The notes under the pieces are model-generated. The model saw only the letters and a list, made by a program, of their open reading frames with translations. It was not told the DNA's origin and made no database searches. A stretch of 64,000 nucleotides of DNA from Paraspadella gotoi (lineage: Eukaryota; Animalia; Chaetognatha), in contig CM119271.1 in assembly GCA_051294375.1 (NCBI GenBank), positions 8,457,637-8,521,636 on the forward strand, written 5' to 3'. Of this stretch, positions 21,123 to 35,013 are shown in pieces. Every line of letters starts with the position of its first letter. Position 1 is the stretch's first letter. Both the position numbers and the translations under genes were made by a program.

Positions 21123-24100
21123 CCTCTCGTCCGCGCTCGCGATCAAAAAAAACTTTTCTCCCCTCTTTCCTGCGCAAAGATAATATTCCACACCGGAAGC
21201 GCGACGCCTAACTTCATTAGTTCGAACTCGATCCAATAACGAAACGCGTCGTAAAAACATCGCGCGTGACTTTCGTCCCGACCTTTCGCGATCCTTGACC
21301 TCGTCGACCCCTGGCGTAAAAAATCGTCAGGATATTGATAGAGATTCGGAGACTTCTCTTAGTGACATAGCGGAGAGCGCGTGAAATGAACAATCAAACG
21401 ATTAATTTTTTTTTTCGGTACGATCATTGACTTTTTTAATTTCGCCTATCGATTAAAATATTATTGACTTTAATTTCACAAATGGGGCTTTTAAAAAGCG
21501 ATTACTACCGACCACTCACGATGAATTTACTACTGAGAGTCCCCGAAAACCCCTTTTCGGCGCTTTGAAAAGAACGAGAACATTTTGGAAGCCATCCAGA
21601 GGCAGTTTTCTTCTGATTTTTAAAAAATTCTCATGGTCAAAAATGTAAAAAAAGAGAATTAATTATTGCGAAAGGAATTTCGGTGAAGATGTTTAAATTT
21701 TTTTTTCTTTTCGGTGTCCAAGATGAAAGTCGGAAACGAGAGGAGACAGATCGGGTGAAGTCGCGTCTCTCTCTGTCGAAAAAAAAAAGAAGTAATGAAT
21801 GCAAATCCTAATTTCCTCTTTTTCTCAATTCAGCCGGAGGACAGAAAAAAAAAAGCCACGGCTTTTAAATTGAGTCAAAAATTGTAAAAATTAGTCGGTT
21901 GAGGGGGGGGGACTGAAAAACGAATCGGCCGGCAAATTTTTCTGATTGGCAACTCGTTCATAAAAAGTTAAAAAAAAAAAAAACAAAAAAAAAACAAACA
22001 AAACCGATGGAATCTGTAACTTAAAAAATGGAACGTCAGTGAAACCGGAGCCGATCGAAAGTCTCTGAAAAATTTGCAAAGCTTACTTACCCTTTCAAGT
22101 TCGATCATGAGTCAACGGAAACAGTAGTTGTTGTCATTGCCATCGTAAAAAGGAAATCGGTCTTGGGAGAAGATTCAGTTCTTAGTCATCCTTTTTTCAC
22201 GTAACCTTAATGAGGATTCTCATCCTTCTCAGCTACCAGTCATCTCATACCGGGTCGAGGTAAACCCACAAAATTCAGTAATCTCCGCCTCGATCCCTTG
22301 ACCTTCCCAACAACTAGCCCCATCTGGGTTTTCACTCTCGCTGCGATCGGAAAATAAAAAAAAGAAGGATGACGACACCGAGTCACCGACTGGAATCCAA
22401 TTCCATCTCCGACGCAAGATGATCTTTGAAAAACAAGATCTTCAAAATAAGAGTTCGAGCCTTTTTTTTTTCTCTTTCCTTTTCTTCCCCTTTTCTTTTT
22501 TTGGCAACTCGATTGGAATTTGGCGACGATGGGTCGTCCGCCGTCCAGTCATCGGGAGTGTTCGTCACTGACTACAGTAGGCGTCGCCCCGCCTGGCCTA
22601 GTTCCAATGCCGTTGACGGGGCCCGCTAAAAGGAAGTCGGCCCAGGAGCCCGGAGCGATGGCGTCGGCGGCCGAGAGGGACATCGACGGCCGGGGAAAAA
22701 TCGCGAAAGATGGCGCGAGGCGAAGAAGGGAGAGAGAACGAAGCCAAAATCAAGAGTCGCTGATCGAAATGTCATCAGGAGAATTTTTATTTCTTCGAGA
22801 GGAACTTCGTGAGCGAGGCTCTTTTTTTTTTTTTTTTTTTTTTGAGACGCCGAAAAGGTCGCGTTCGATTTTTTAAGATTAAATTAAATTTAAAAGCTTT
22901 TCTTTCAAGAAACTTAATAAAAATTATGAAGTGGTATATACTATTAAGGACAGAAATATATCTAATAACAGCCTTTAAAAGCTTTTTATTATTTATTAAC
23001 TTGCTTTGGGATTTACATTTCTTTACGATCTCATTTATCGTCGTCATAAAATTAGTAAAAAAATCGAAATCTTATACTTTTTCTCGAGATCGTCTTTTTT
23101 ATCGTTTTATTTTACTTTTAAATCCGCTAACTATTAATGTCCTCCATAATTTTTCAACTTATCTCTGTCGCCAGATTATAGATATTCTTTATAGTTGTGT
23201 AGGAGTAAATATTATATTTAATTAAAAATGGTTCCATAAATATTCATTCTCATTTGAAAACAGTCAATTTAAAAACAAAAAATTATTATTAAAAACAAAA
23301 TTTGCAGTTAATCTTGAAGAGACAATGGACGACACCGAAGATCTTTGTTAATCCGCGGTTGATTTCAAACCGAAACGCTAAGCTTATAATTCCAGAAAAT
23401 TTTCAGTAATAAAGGATTTAAAATTTTTGGACTATAAAAATTTACAAGGTAGCAGGGAACAACAAAATGCTTTTTTTTCATAAAGCACTAGCTAAACAGC
23501 TCTATTAATAGAAATTATCAAACGAAAAAATTTAACTACTTCCAAAGCAGACTAAGAAACTAGAGCAACCACAACACGATAAACATGTCATGGGTTATAA
23601 GTTCTAACAGATAAATACTAACATGGTTGCTTTGTTTTTCAGACAACGTCACACCTCTCCATCTTTTGACGTTGAGAGATATTTCCCGTTACTCGTTAAA
23701 TTCAGAGAGTGACGGCATTTTAATATTTAAAAAGGCCTCGTCAGGTGAGTTAGTTAAAACTCATTTAGCATTTTGTTAAAAGACAGAACGTGATCCAACG
23801 CTTGGTCAATCGTTCTAATTCTCATCGCCCGGCCTTCCCTCTTCGAGAGCGCAAAAATCTCAGTTCGTTAAGGCGGTGACAAAAATCCACCGCGTGACAG
23901 CGAACTAGCTCTCGGCTACGGTCACAGGCTCGGTTCCCTGACCTCGTTCAGCACATTTTTTTTTCAAGAATTTCCTGGAGTGGAATGCTCCTACATGGGA
24001 ATCAGAGGATTCAGAGGGTAAGACTAAATACTTCTATTTTAATAACTTGATGTATTAGCTGAGGGGCTGTCACTAAAATGTTTAGCTCCCTGTAAATGAA

Positions 24101-24171
24101 TTTACTTTATAAACGTTATCCGTTTTCAAAAGTTGAAGTAAAAGCTGAAAAAACTTGGGTAAATTTACTTT

Positions 24172-25980
24172 TTAGCTATTAACGTCGACGGGATAGCCCG
24201 CCAAATTAATTTGGTGCAACAGTTCGCAAGACGGCGTTTTGGTTCCTTGATTCCAGAGCTTGGTTTTGCGATGCGAAGCACCTTTCGAGTTTTGTTCTCG
24301 CTGGCATTTGCCAAGCAGACTTCCGATGAAGTCCTCTTCGATCTACGATTATAAAATAAAATAATATGTTTAAAATCACTTTTAATGTAAAGTCCGGACT
24401 ACCATCTACAACTCAGATGCTCTTTTATATAGGAGATATCGACGTTCGTCTCTTTCTCTCTTTCGCGATCATTCGAGATTCTGCCAGGTTACCTCCTGTT
24501 CAAGTAATTGAATTTTTGTCTCCTTGTAATTTCTCAACGAACTTTCCTTGACGTAGTAAGGAATTTCGAGCTTCGAAGTAACTCGTGCCTCCGAGTACTA
24601 AAGTTAAGAAACGTTATTATTACAAAAGCCGACAACCTCGTATGCATATTACAATATGATTATTTCAGCTTTATATTCCAAACTCAAAAGTTTTCATAGT
24701 ACTTAGGATATTTGTTTCTTACTTATGACGTTATGAAGTTATGTGCTCAAGATTATTAATTAATTCATCATTTACCTTTTGACTATGTTTAAGACTGTAA
24801 ACAGGATCACCGACGAACAAGTTCGACGTCATAGAGAGAACGATGAGTAACAGAACAGGAAGAAAGTGAAGGAACAACGAGCCGCTGGTCGACATGCTGG
24901 GAGATTAATCAAGAAACGACTCATTAGATGTTGGAGGCGAATAACCTTCGGCCCCTTGGACAACGAAAGATATATCATGGACATTCAATATAACTGCCAG
25001 ATTTTTATCCGCGCATAAATCATTATTCAAGTTATTTAAGCTATTTAAATTTTTACGATTATTGTAATATACCTCTCACTATCTTGCTGCCTGTGTTGCG
25101 CCCTGTGTACATGAACGTTGTCGGGTTTTTCCTTGAATCTGCTGCTCGTGCCGAAGAACATGTTAAACAATTCCTCGGCGGAGATGTCGCTCTGAAACCT
25201 GGCCCCGTCGTCTGAGGCGTCGTCGCGTGTCCGTGGCGCATCGTTGTTTGTTTGTTTTTGGGGAGAGGGCGCGTTGGGACGTCGGGCGGCCCCCGCAGCT
25301 GCTCTCTTTTGGGCTGCAACCCACCCGTCGTATTTGAAGCGCTTGGTGGCGTCGCTGAGAACGGCAAAGGCGTTTGATATGCTCTTGAAGGCGTCCCCGG
25401 CGCCGGCGGCGCTGTTCTTGTCTGGGTGGAGGTTGAGGGCCAACTTACGATAGGCCTTTTTGAGACGATTGTCGTCGGCATTTCGCGGGACACCGAGAAT
25501 CTCATAGTAGTCGGTGGCGTTCTGTATTCTCCTTATCGTGTTCTCATCAACTGGACTGTCGCCGCGCTGGTCGGCGGTTTGGGCGCCGAGGTTTCGCGAT
25601 CCTGGCATCGGTCTGGGTTTTGGGGGAGAGGGTTTGTTTTCATTCTGCGGCGGCTGGGGCGGCCGCCGCGGTTGTGTCGGGGTCTTTGGCGGAGCTTGAG
25701 CTTCTTTCGCCTCCTTTCGGTCATTTGACGTCAGTTCCGACGCCACGGCAACCGCGTGGTAACGCACATTTCGAAATTTGTCGTCGTATACAGAATCTTT
25801 GACGGCACATGCGCGAAACCGGGCGGCGCTAGAAGTTTCGGAATTTACATTGCGCGTCGACAACGGCCGCTCCTACAAATTGCAGCACAACTCTCGAATT
25901 TTCGGTTGATAGTAAAATTCACAATAATATTTAATACTTACCCTCGAGGTCATGGTGTTTGGACTCCGATGTTCAACCAT
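24172..25980 (-). CDS. DNAJB12: ER J-protein, DNAJB12/DNAJB14-like (J domain, TM, DUF1977-like lumenal domain)
   Basis: DYYEILGV...[71 protein letters not shown]...TPSCELL; five exons join in phase. Confidence 0.9.
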
Positions 25981-27229
25981 TTCGGATTAATTATTTTTTT
26001 AACTTTGGGTCCTTTTTATGATTGATTTATTGTTACAAACCATCTTACGCAATCTAATCAGCCCCTTGCCTGCGTCGTTACCGTGCCTCATCTGAAACAA
26101 TCAGCAGCATCAAGCACGATGCTTCAAGTTCAAGGAGATAGATAAAAGCTTCGTCGAATCCCTACGATCCAGCAGAGGGCTGCAGCAATCGCTTCAGCAG
26201 CAACAGCGAACGGGAAGACAGCCCCGAGCATTCGACGCAAAAACATTATGTAGGAGTCCAAACATAAGAATTTATTTCCCCAACCTTTCAAGACATTTTT
26301 ATCTACGCATTTACCGCACTATAAGAACTTAGTAGGGTGGATGACGGAAAATATCACAGGGCCTCGCTACCAAACCAGAACAACTATACCCTAGCCTTGG
26401 GTAAAAATTTAAAGACGACGAAGATTCCTTACCATTAACATTATTGCTCTTAAGAATTTAAGTATTATTCGTACTTTCTCAGAAAATTGTTTTCATTTTT
26501 TTTCGTAAAATATTAGCGGACATGTAAAATATATCCGTGATGCAAAACGCCAGGGCACAAAGAATAGCTGCAGTGATGAGATGAACAATTGGGGTAAAAC
26601 GTCAAATAACCTAGTTTACGACAGTCGGGTTTCTTTTTTGTCTCGTTTGGCTGAGCAGGAAGCGCGCCATTAGCCGCCAATACTTATACCCTATTCCTAT
26701 GGGCCTATGAAAATCAAAATAGAACGAGCAATGGGAGTGAAAGATTTATTAATAAAAATATCACGACCATGAGCTCCAAAAAATCAAAATGACATTCAAG
26801 ATGTCAAAAATAAATCATAATAACTGAAAGATCTTTGAGTCTAGAGAATACGTTATAACTATTATTCTGAGAGAAAATAGTATTCAACAAATTAATAGGA
26901 AACAATACACTTAAATTTTGTAACGGTCAAATCATTACAGCGGCATTTCAGACCGGAAGCTACGCCATTTTTGTAGAGGGCAGTGAAATCTTGAAAAAAT
27001 TCTAATCTGTAACAGCACCCATCGTGATGCTAAGCTTAAAAGTCATATATTGGTTATACCAATTTCATAGATATAAATATGCAGATTTACAGTTAAGAAC
27101 ACTTTTAAACTTTATACGTATTGTACTAACACATCTTAAAAACTAGAAAATATTTAAATGGCCACAATATGTAATCCTTTATAAATGGATTAGAAAGCAT
27201 TTAGAATATAATTCCTCTCCAAAACAAAT

Positions 27230-28727
27230 TTATTTCATAGGGCTAAATGATGTCGGAACCATGAGCTTGGATTCCATGTGGCGAATGAGAGGAACCGTAT
27301 TGCTTACGGTATCGTTCCATCCTGGCCGCTGCCATGCGGATTCTCGCATCTCGCGACGAGTCTGAGCAAAAAATAGATGAATAACTGTATAGGAGAGACT
27401 AAATGATGCATATTATAATATAAATATTATATTATATTATTATATAAAATATTATTCATTGAATAAACAATAACGTCCACTCGCCTTCATGTCCTTGTAG
27501 GACCAGAGATGGTTGACGTGGTACTGCGGTCCGACTTGAGAGAAGAATCCGGCGACGGCGCAGTTTTCCTGGTTCCTATAGTGTATGCCACGCGCCCAGT
27601 GGTTGCCCCATTCCAAAATCGTACCTGAGAAGGATGGGTCAAAGGAACATTTTAGTGGTCCGACTTTTTACCTAAGAATAGATGAGCCATTTATCCCGAC
27701 CCTACACTATCTACCCGGTTTCAGAGTATAACTCCTCAACTCGTAAATGTGACTGGGTTCCCGAGGCGTTAAAGGCGGCCAGTATGAAAATTTGAGGCAA
27801 AGCTGCGACTGACGAGAACGAAGAAGCTGACTCCGCTGTTTCCTCAGCTCCTGTTCGGGACAGTAAACGGGAGAATAATCCAAATCTGTCTTCAAGACTC
27901 TCCGGAGTTTCGGGTTGGCCGCTACGTCACCTTCAGGCCCTCATCCTTTCGGTAGAGCTCATACTTCTGTTGGACGCTGTCCCATCCGTCGGGAAATTCC
28001 CAGATGTGAATCACTTGATCCTGCAAAAGAAATTAGAGGCTAATACAGTTAGGTGTGAACGAGTTGTGTCATATACAGTATGTATAAGATCATTACACAG
28101 TACACACCTGATCGCCGACTTCCACCAAGAAACTTCCGACCAAATGCATTCCGATGTGACGTTGATTCATCAACGTGGAGAATTCCCCGTACAGATCCAA
28201 GTAGGTCAACAGATGCTCCGGTTTTACGTTATGGGTCTAGGGTGTGGACCAAGTTGGAAACGTTCGTAATATGGGTTATATTCTTCTTTCTCTGGGGCGG
28301 AAAAACCTGGATCTCGTAGACGGTCTTTGGTTCTGCGAGCAGCGTGGAGTGCGATGCCCGAGAGCTCTCCAATCCACCAACGAGCCGATTGTACCATTTG
28401 TGGCCCCCGTCGGGGACAGGTTCCGGATTTTGTTCATTCTTTATCACAAAAGTAAAATAATATCAGTTAGAATGCCTAAATTGACAGTTAATGGATTTCC
28501 GCATTTACGTACACTTGACGTCGTAAAGACGGTTCTTGCAGGAGTAGGCTTGACTAGATTGCTAGGCGGGAAAGCCTGTACCAGGAAAAGTAATATTTTA
28601 AATTATGAACGACAGTCTAAATCCGATGAAAAGAATTTTTGATAATTCTTACTGTTCGCGATGCGACGAGGGGCGAGAGTCTTTGGCAATTGTAAGCAAT
28701 GCAGCGGGATAACATTAAATTAGCCAT
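27230..28727 (-). CDS. NIPSNAP: NipSnap homolog (NIPSNAP1/2-like, mitochondrial)
   Basis: HSTLLA..VYEIQ, HNVKPE, GDQDQVIHIW, IYELRSYTLKPG, EWGNHWARGI.YR, GFFSQVG....V.HLW.YKD, R..AW..PGW..V..TVPLI..MES....P..FSP; basic N-terminal presequence. Confidence 0.93.
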
Positions 28728-29924
28728 AATTATAACGTGAGAGTTCTACAATTGAGAACTGCGTCACCAATAAAAGCGTTAGCATTCCTTCGAGGCGAGC
28801 CAATCAAAGTTTTTATATGATATGCAATAATAGCAAGCCCTTTATTTAAAATGTAAACTGATTAAAATCAGCTGATTACCAGAAATTAACATTTCTTAGT
28901 AGGTAAAATCGCTATAAAGATTTTTGTGCCGCTTAACGTACGTAAAGTCAAAGTAAAAGGGGCTATATGCGCAATTTATTATTCTATAAGTTTATTATGA
29001 AATAATGTATATTGTATATAATAAAAGTACGGGACTAATTAAGAAAATTGATAAAAAAAAACTTTAAAATATCTTGCATTTTAGGAATACAGTTGTTTAC
29101 GATGCGATACTCATCAAAATAGTTGATAATTTAAGAATTTTTTTTCTGTTGGGATGAAATAAGCATTTATTGGTTATAAAAACAAATAAACAAAATAAAA
29201 CAAATAGAAAAACAAACTAAAAAATTAACATTCCAATAAATAAGATATGAATGTCGACAGAAGGTTCCTCACTAAACCGGATTCAAGAAATCGGTGTCGA
29301 ACAAAAGAGCACCGACATACTCGTTCATTTAAGAATTAATTAAAAATTTAAACAATGTATGTTAAAAATTATTCTTGTTGTCATTCCAGCTAACGATCGG
29401 GACAAACATGGATGTGCCCCAACGCCCCAATGTCCGTAACTAACCAGATTGATCTAGCAAACATCAAAAATTCAGACCGAAACATGGAATATCTCCCGGC
29501 AACGACAGAGAGCAGCAGCTTGTCGAGATGTTGGCCTTACCCAAACGCCGCTGCCCGGATGTTGCGGAGTTGGCAGCTTGTTGGCACAAATGGGAAAGTG
29601 AAAAAAATGGGAAGGATTAAAAAAAAAAAAAAAATCTGGTTAAACGAGAGGCGTGTCTCTGAGAGATGGAGATAACTGGATTTAAATCGCCGTTGCCTGT
29701 TGCCTGAAAGTGAAACGACGCTCTCATTTTTCATTTTTGATCGAGTATTGATTTGAGTATTGTATATGAGTAAAAATTGGACTCTGAACGCGATATATAT
29801 TACGCCGTTTCAATCACGTTTATGACAAGAACTTGGATCGGAAAAAACTAATTTAACCTATCTTTTTTATATCCTTCAGATTAACCACGAAAGTATTCGT
29901 TTCGGGTTAAATACTCACGCATAA

Positions 29925-30182
<258 letters not shown>

Positions 30183-30621
30183 CGCCCCCTATTCCATTTC
30201 CATCACCCTCCCTCTCCTTAATACTTTCCCTCCGTCATGTTGCGGAAATCATCTTAGTCATTACTGATTACTGATTTAGTTTCTTGGTAAGTGTCACGTA
30301 TTTGAAATTTCTGAAAGCTATATCAAGCCCAAAATTATTTATTAAATTACCATTCGGTATTCCTGTACTTTTTTTTCTACAGGCCGTCCCTTTCAAATTT
30401 ACGGATCGTTGAGAAAAAATTCAGACTTGATGAAGATTAAATTTTTTTGCAAGATAACTGCCGTTTTTTTTAATGACTATTGCTCCAACAGTTTTTGAGA
30501 AACGATGTTATTAAAATTCCCTCTTTCTGTTTAAGAATTTATTTTCTAATATAGTTCTAATTAAATGTTACACGTTCAAAATTACTTTTTAAGTTAGTTA
30601 AATTAATTTCTCAGTTGAATT

Positions 30622-33600
30622 TCAAAATTCTGACTCCCTTGAGGCTGTCACACCCGCTATTCTCATTCTCAGTCGAGACGTCAGAGTGCGTTCCTTGTTG
30701 AAGCGACGCCATCCGGCGCCGAAAAGCTGGCGATTCTTCTCGCACAAAACGGCCAAAATCATCAAATCCGAGAAGCAGTATTTGATCTTGTTCTCGTTAA
30801 ACACGTTCGAGCCGAGATGATCTGTTAAAATTACTTGGGTCAAATTCTTCCTTATAGTAATCCAATTTTTGTGGAAAGGCATGATTCTGGTGTTTTATAT
30901 TGTAGATTTGTTGTATTTTTTTTCTTTGAAGCGCGCAGCTCATACATATAATAATTATAAATATAAAATACAACAAATTTACAAATTATAATGTTATTTT
31001 ACCTTTTAACAGAGTCGGCAAGAACATTTTGTTCCTAGTTGATCCGGCCTCTCTAGTTCTTTTGCACGTTAAGGAGATAAGCGAGCTCAAGTTGAAAATT
31101 GACATGAAGAGGATGAGTATGAGAACGGCGAGTGCAGCCCACCACACGAACCAAATAAGACCTGGAATGAAAATTTGCGTTAGAAAAACTTATCCAAGGT
31201 TTCATCTGAGGAAGGCAACATAATTAGCAGTACCGACTCTCGGCGAGGCACATCGAGCATATTCGTAGTCGTGGACTTTGCAAACGGTGAGACCCAGATC
31301 TTCGATGTCCGACCGGAACCCGCGAACGAAAGTGGCAATAGCCACGAGGCTGACTACGATTGTTAAGATGAACTTCAAGTAAGCCACCACCGACATGATC
31401 GTCGAGTCCCAGCGACGCACTTCCTCGCGGAGTATCGTTTCCATTTCCTAGTTTCGTTAAGTGTGTAATGTGGCTAGTCTAAGAATAACTAATTACAACC
31501 TAACTAGTACATTTGGTAGTATTTCATCCTTTTTGTCTGTTTCTAAGTGTATAAATTCTAAAAAACTGATCGAAGCACAGTCATTTGTGTCACTACAACA
31601 GCATGATTTAACTCCTGTTATCATAAATATGGGATTTTTATTCTCATCCATATATTTTCTCCTTTTACCTATTCATAATCTTATTTTCTCTTTACATATA
31701 ACTTGGTTTATTGAGAAAGAGCAAATCATTTTTTGCTGAATTAAATAGTAGTAATGGCAACTCGATCCCTGAAGTGACTTTCGGTTATGTGTGATGGAGT
31801 CGGCATAAACACGCCAGTGACAAGGGGTGGCCACAGCAGGTTCAAATCATTGAGCGCCATCTCTCGGTAGATGCCTCACACCCCGGGCATTACACATTGT
31901 GTAATACACAATACACATCTCCCCGTAGCCATACCTCCTTCTTTTCTTCGTCTTCGTCGACGACGGTATCGACGAAAGCTTTGATGTGGCGGATGCGGTC
32001 AGCAATTTTCTCACCGAACAGAAAATTCCAAATGGACGGACCCATTCCGATCATCAAAGCGAAGACCAGTAGCGACCAAGACATCACGTAATAGTAGAGA
32101 GTCCTTATTAAATCAATATTCTATAATCACAATGTAAACTTAAATAGCAACCAAGGATTTGACGATTATAGTTAAAAAAGCTTTGTTAATAATCCTCGTC
32201 ACGCACCTCGGCCTGCAGTCGTAAAGCTGATCAGACTTGGCAATGCTGACAAAGATGTAGTTGATGAGGTCGCGAAACTTGGTTCGCTTTGACTTGAGAA
32301 TCTCCATGATGCTCTCCGGACCGGAATGCGCGCAGGTTTGAACCTCGGGATTATTTGCCTGCATCAGGTCCGAAGAACACGAAGTGGCTTTCGTGGCGTT
32401 CCCCGCCGGCGGTGGACATGTCGCTTTCCTAAAAATACGTCATTGTAAAATGTACATATTTTCAATGGGGAAAGGTGTTCGTCGACTTACAGCTTGAGCT
32501 TCTCAATCTCATTTGCATGCTAAAGTTTTGATCGCAGATTCCAGCTCTTAGATATCAAATTATGATAAATTATGTAAAAAAAAAAAGGAAAAAGATGTCC
32601 GTCTGTCCGTCCACCGTAGCTTTAAATGCAAATTACTCATGAGTTTGATCTGGGGATTAACTTGAAATGTTGTGTTTGGATAGAAAAAGGTTTGATTGAG
32701 CTATAAATCAAATTTTGATGGGATCATCCAAAAAGAAATTTTTAAATAGAAAAAACAAAAGATATGTTTTATTATTAGATTTTTTTCCCTTTATAATGAA
32801 TATAAATGTCAGCTGCAACAAGAATTATAATATTAATAATGACCACAACTTTTATAACCACTATAAAAACCACAACCATCATTAACTACATAATTAATTA
32901 TTTACGTAAATGATTAATTAATTAATATAGTAGTAAGCGGCTAATCAGATAGTGAATTAATTCAATAAGTAATTAAATAATTATTTAATCGTCTGATTGG
33001 CTGCTTTCCGCTAAATAATCGTGAGCAGATCCGGAATTGTTTCCTCAAACTTGTTTTCTAGTCTTAAAAAAAATAAGAAAATAATAATATCAAAAGTTTT
33101 AAAATCATTTTAATTTATGCCTATCAATCATTAAATTACCATGCTAAGTATGCTTTGAACTTTGAATAGTCAGAAATAGCGGTTTCGCAATAGAAGCTTA
33201 GGAACTCTTGGTAATTGTAGCTCTGAAAAAAAATAAATAAAACTATATTTGTTCATAGGAGCTATTCACTCGTCGATTTTTTTTCTGTGATCCCTACCGA
33301 AACGTAATAAATAGAATTCACACTTCCAGGTTTCTTGAAAAAAGTTCGTCCAATCGGGAAGCATTTCACAGTAGGACCTAACAAAATACGGGTAAGTTCG
33401 CGCTTTTATATTTTTTTAAAAAATTTCAAGCAGCTCTCAATTAAAACAATTTACAAGAATTGTTCATTATGACCTTTTGCCTTCTCTATTAGTGGATATT
33501 TTTGTCATTTAAGTCATATGCTGCACAGTAAAACATGATTGCAAATATTATCGACTACAATTTTTAGTCAACGTCGAAAAAGAGACGAGCGTTCGGGCAC

Positions 33601-34316
33601 TCGTCTGTGAAAAAAAAAAAACAACTAAAATGGCGTATTGTACGGTTCTATTCCAATAGAAAATCTTGAGATGATTTCAGGATGCATTTGGCCATCCGCG
33701 GGATGAGCCTCCAGTCAAAGAACCGTAGACTTCTTACCAGGCGGCGAGCGGGACGTGAACGTCCAAAGCTGCGGTCGCGCCCGTCAGGGGACGACATCGG
33801 GTTTCGGACGACACCTCGGGTTTCGTAATTTCGTAGTTTCGTCTTCACGGAGCCTAAGCTCCCGCCAGAAGGGCACTTTACGAGGTTCACGACGCCCAAC
33901 GCCGCCATGTGGCGATATTTAACCCCGGTTGTAGCCAATTATTATTATTTTATAATCTTTTTAAATACATGTTATTATAAACAAAGGGAGTTGGTATTTA
34001 ATTAATGCACTGAGTGATTAAGATCTACAAATGATACTTGTTAATCGATAGAATAATTCATTAATTCGTTTATTATTTGATATCATTGAACACTTAAGAT
34101 ATTTCGTTTTATTAGTTAATTTAAAAAAAATTGATATAAGACCTTCTACTCACTTAGTTTGTCAATAATTTCCAATCCGACCGCAAGAGCGATTGCAACG
34201 CGCACAAGTTTCATAATATTAACGTCGGAAAACAAATGAACTCGAATCATATCGTCTTCCCGAGCAAACTTTTTAGTTTTCATTTGATTCAGCAGTACTG
34301 CTATAGGCTGATCCAT
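30622..34316 (-). CDS. Pannexin/innexin-superfamily large-pore channel-like protein, 429 aa, 8 exons
   Basis: Exons 34316-34154, 33377-33298, 33222-33140, 32428-32207, 32103-31935, 31447-31234, 31161-31003 and 30821-30622 join in phase (1290 nt). Four TMs; EL1 PTVKCFP...FLSFYCE; YYYVMSW..VFAL....PSIW; TM3 YLKFIL; EL2 C...RCASPRVG; C-terminal SDLMILAVLCEKN. Confidence 0.75.
31757..31900 (+). mobile_element. SINE-like family A, copy 2 (5'-degraded), in pannexin intron
   Basis: gtgtgatggagtcggcataaacacgccagtgac...gcaggttcaaa...gagcgcca...ctcacaccccgggcattac is colinear with the reverse complement of 8461-8600. Confidence 0.65.
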
Positions 34317-35013
34317 GATGACCGCTTTTTTGTACGTCTTCTAGTAATCTTTCTGTAGTTTTTCTCCTCGAGAAGTTTTTTTAAAAAAATGATAAACATC
34401 CGGAACACGACTACGACTACGACGAACTTGTTCTACTTATCAAATCGGTCTGAAAACGTTACTCAATGATTTTTTCCTTCAACATATCTCGCGGGTCCCG
34501 CATTTCGGAAAAAAAAAAAAAAATCTTCTTTTACTGATACCCTCATGTCCGAAAAAATAAAAATAAAATCTTGATCCGTGGAACAAAAGTCGGCATTTTA
34601 ATACAATTATGATTAGGGATTACGAATCGAATCACAATCAGAGTTTTTTCTTTTTTTCTCAAAAATGTGACTCGATGGGCAGACGAGCGAGGGACAAAGA
34701 CGGCGAATCGCCCGTCGCAACACCCGGCGTCGTGTAGACGGAAACATCGGTAGAGCCGCGCCGGGCGAAAAGATCTACAATTTAATGGGGGCGGGGGGGT
34801 TCCGCGTTGTTGAAAGTGCCTTTAATAAGAATGAATAAGAAATAGGATTTCGTATTCAAAAGTTGTTGATAAAAGATTTGACAGAAATGAAGTTCCGCCC
34901 TTCCCCAAAGACTGCTTCCGTGAATGCTTACTAGTTCCAGTACAAGTGAAATCATTTTAGATTATACATACATAGAAGAATAAAACGCTGAAAAAGATGA
35001 TTGAAAAAGTTAT

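Noticed and set aside
29390-29735. Possible tiny minus-strand gene between NIPSNAP and SERP1
   Set aside because: Splice-like sites exist but no recognisable product; may be UTR or promoter sequence.
32491-32519. Small extra pannexin exon (HANEIEKLKL) with a strong donor
   Set aside because: Phase does not fit after exon 3; it could only replace the exon carrying the second conserved Cys.
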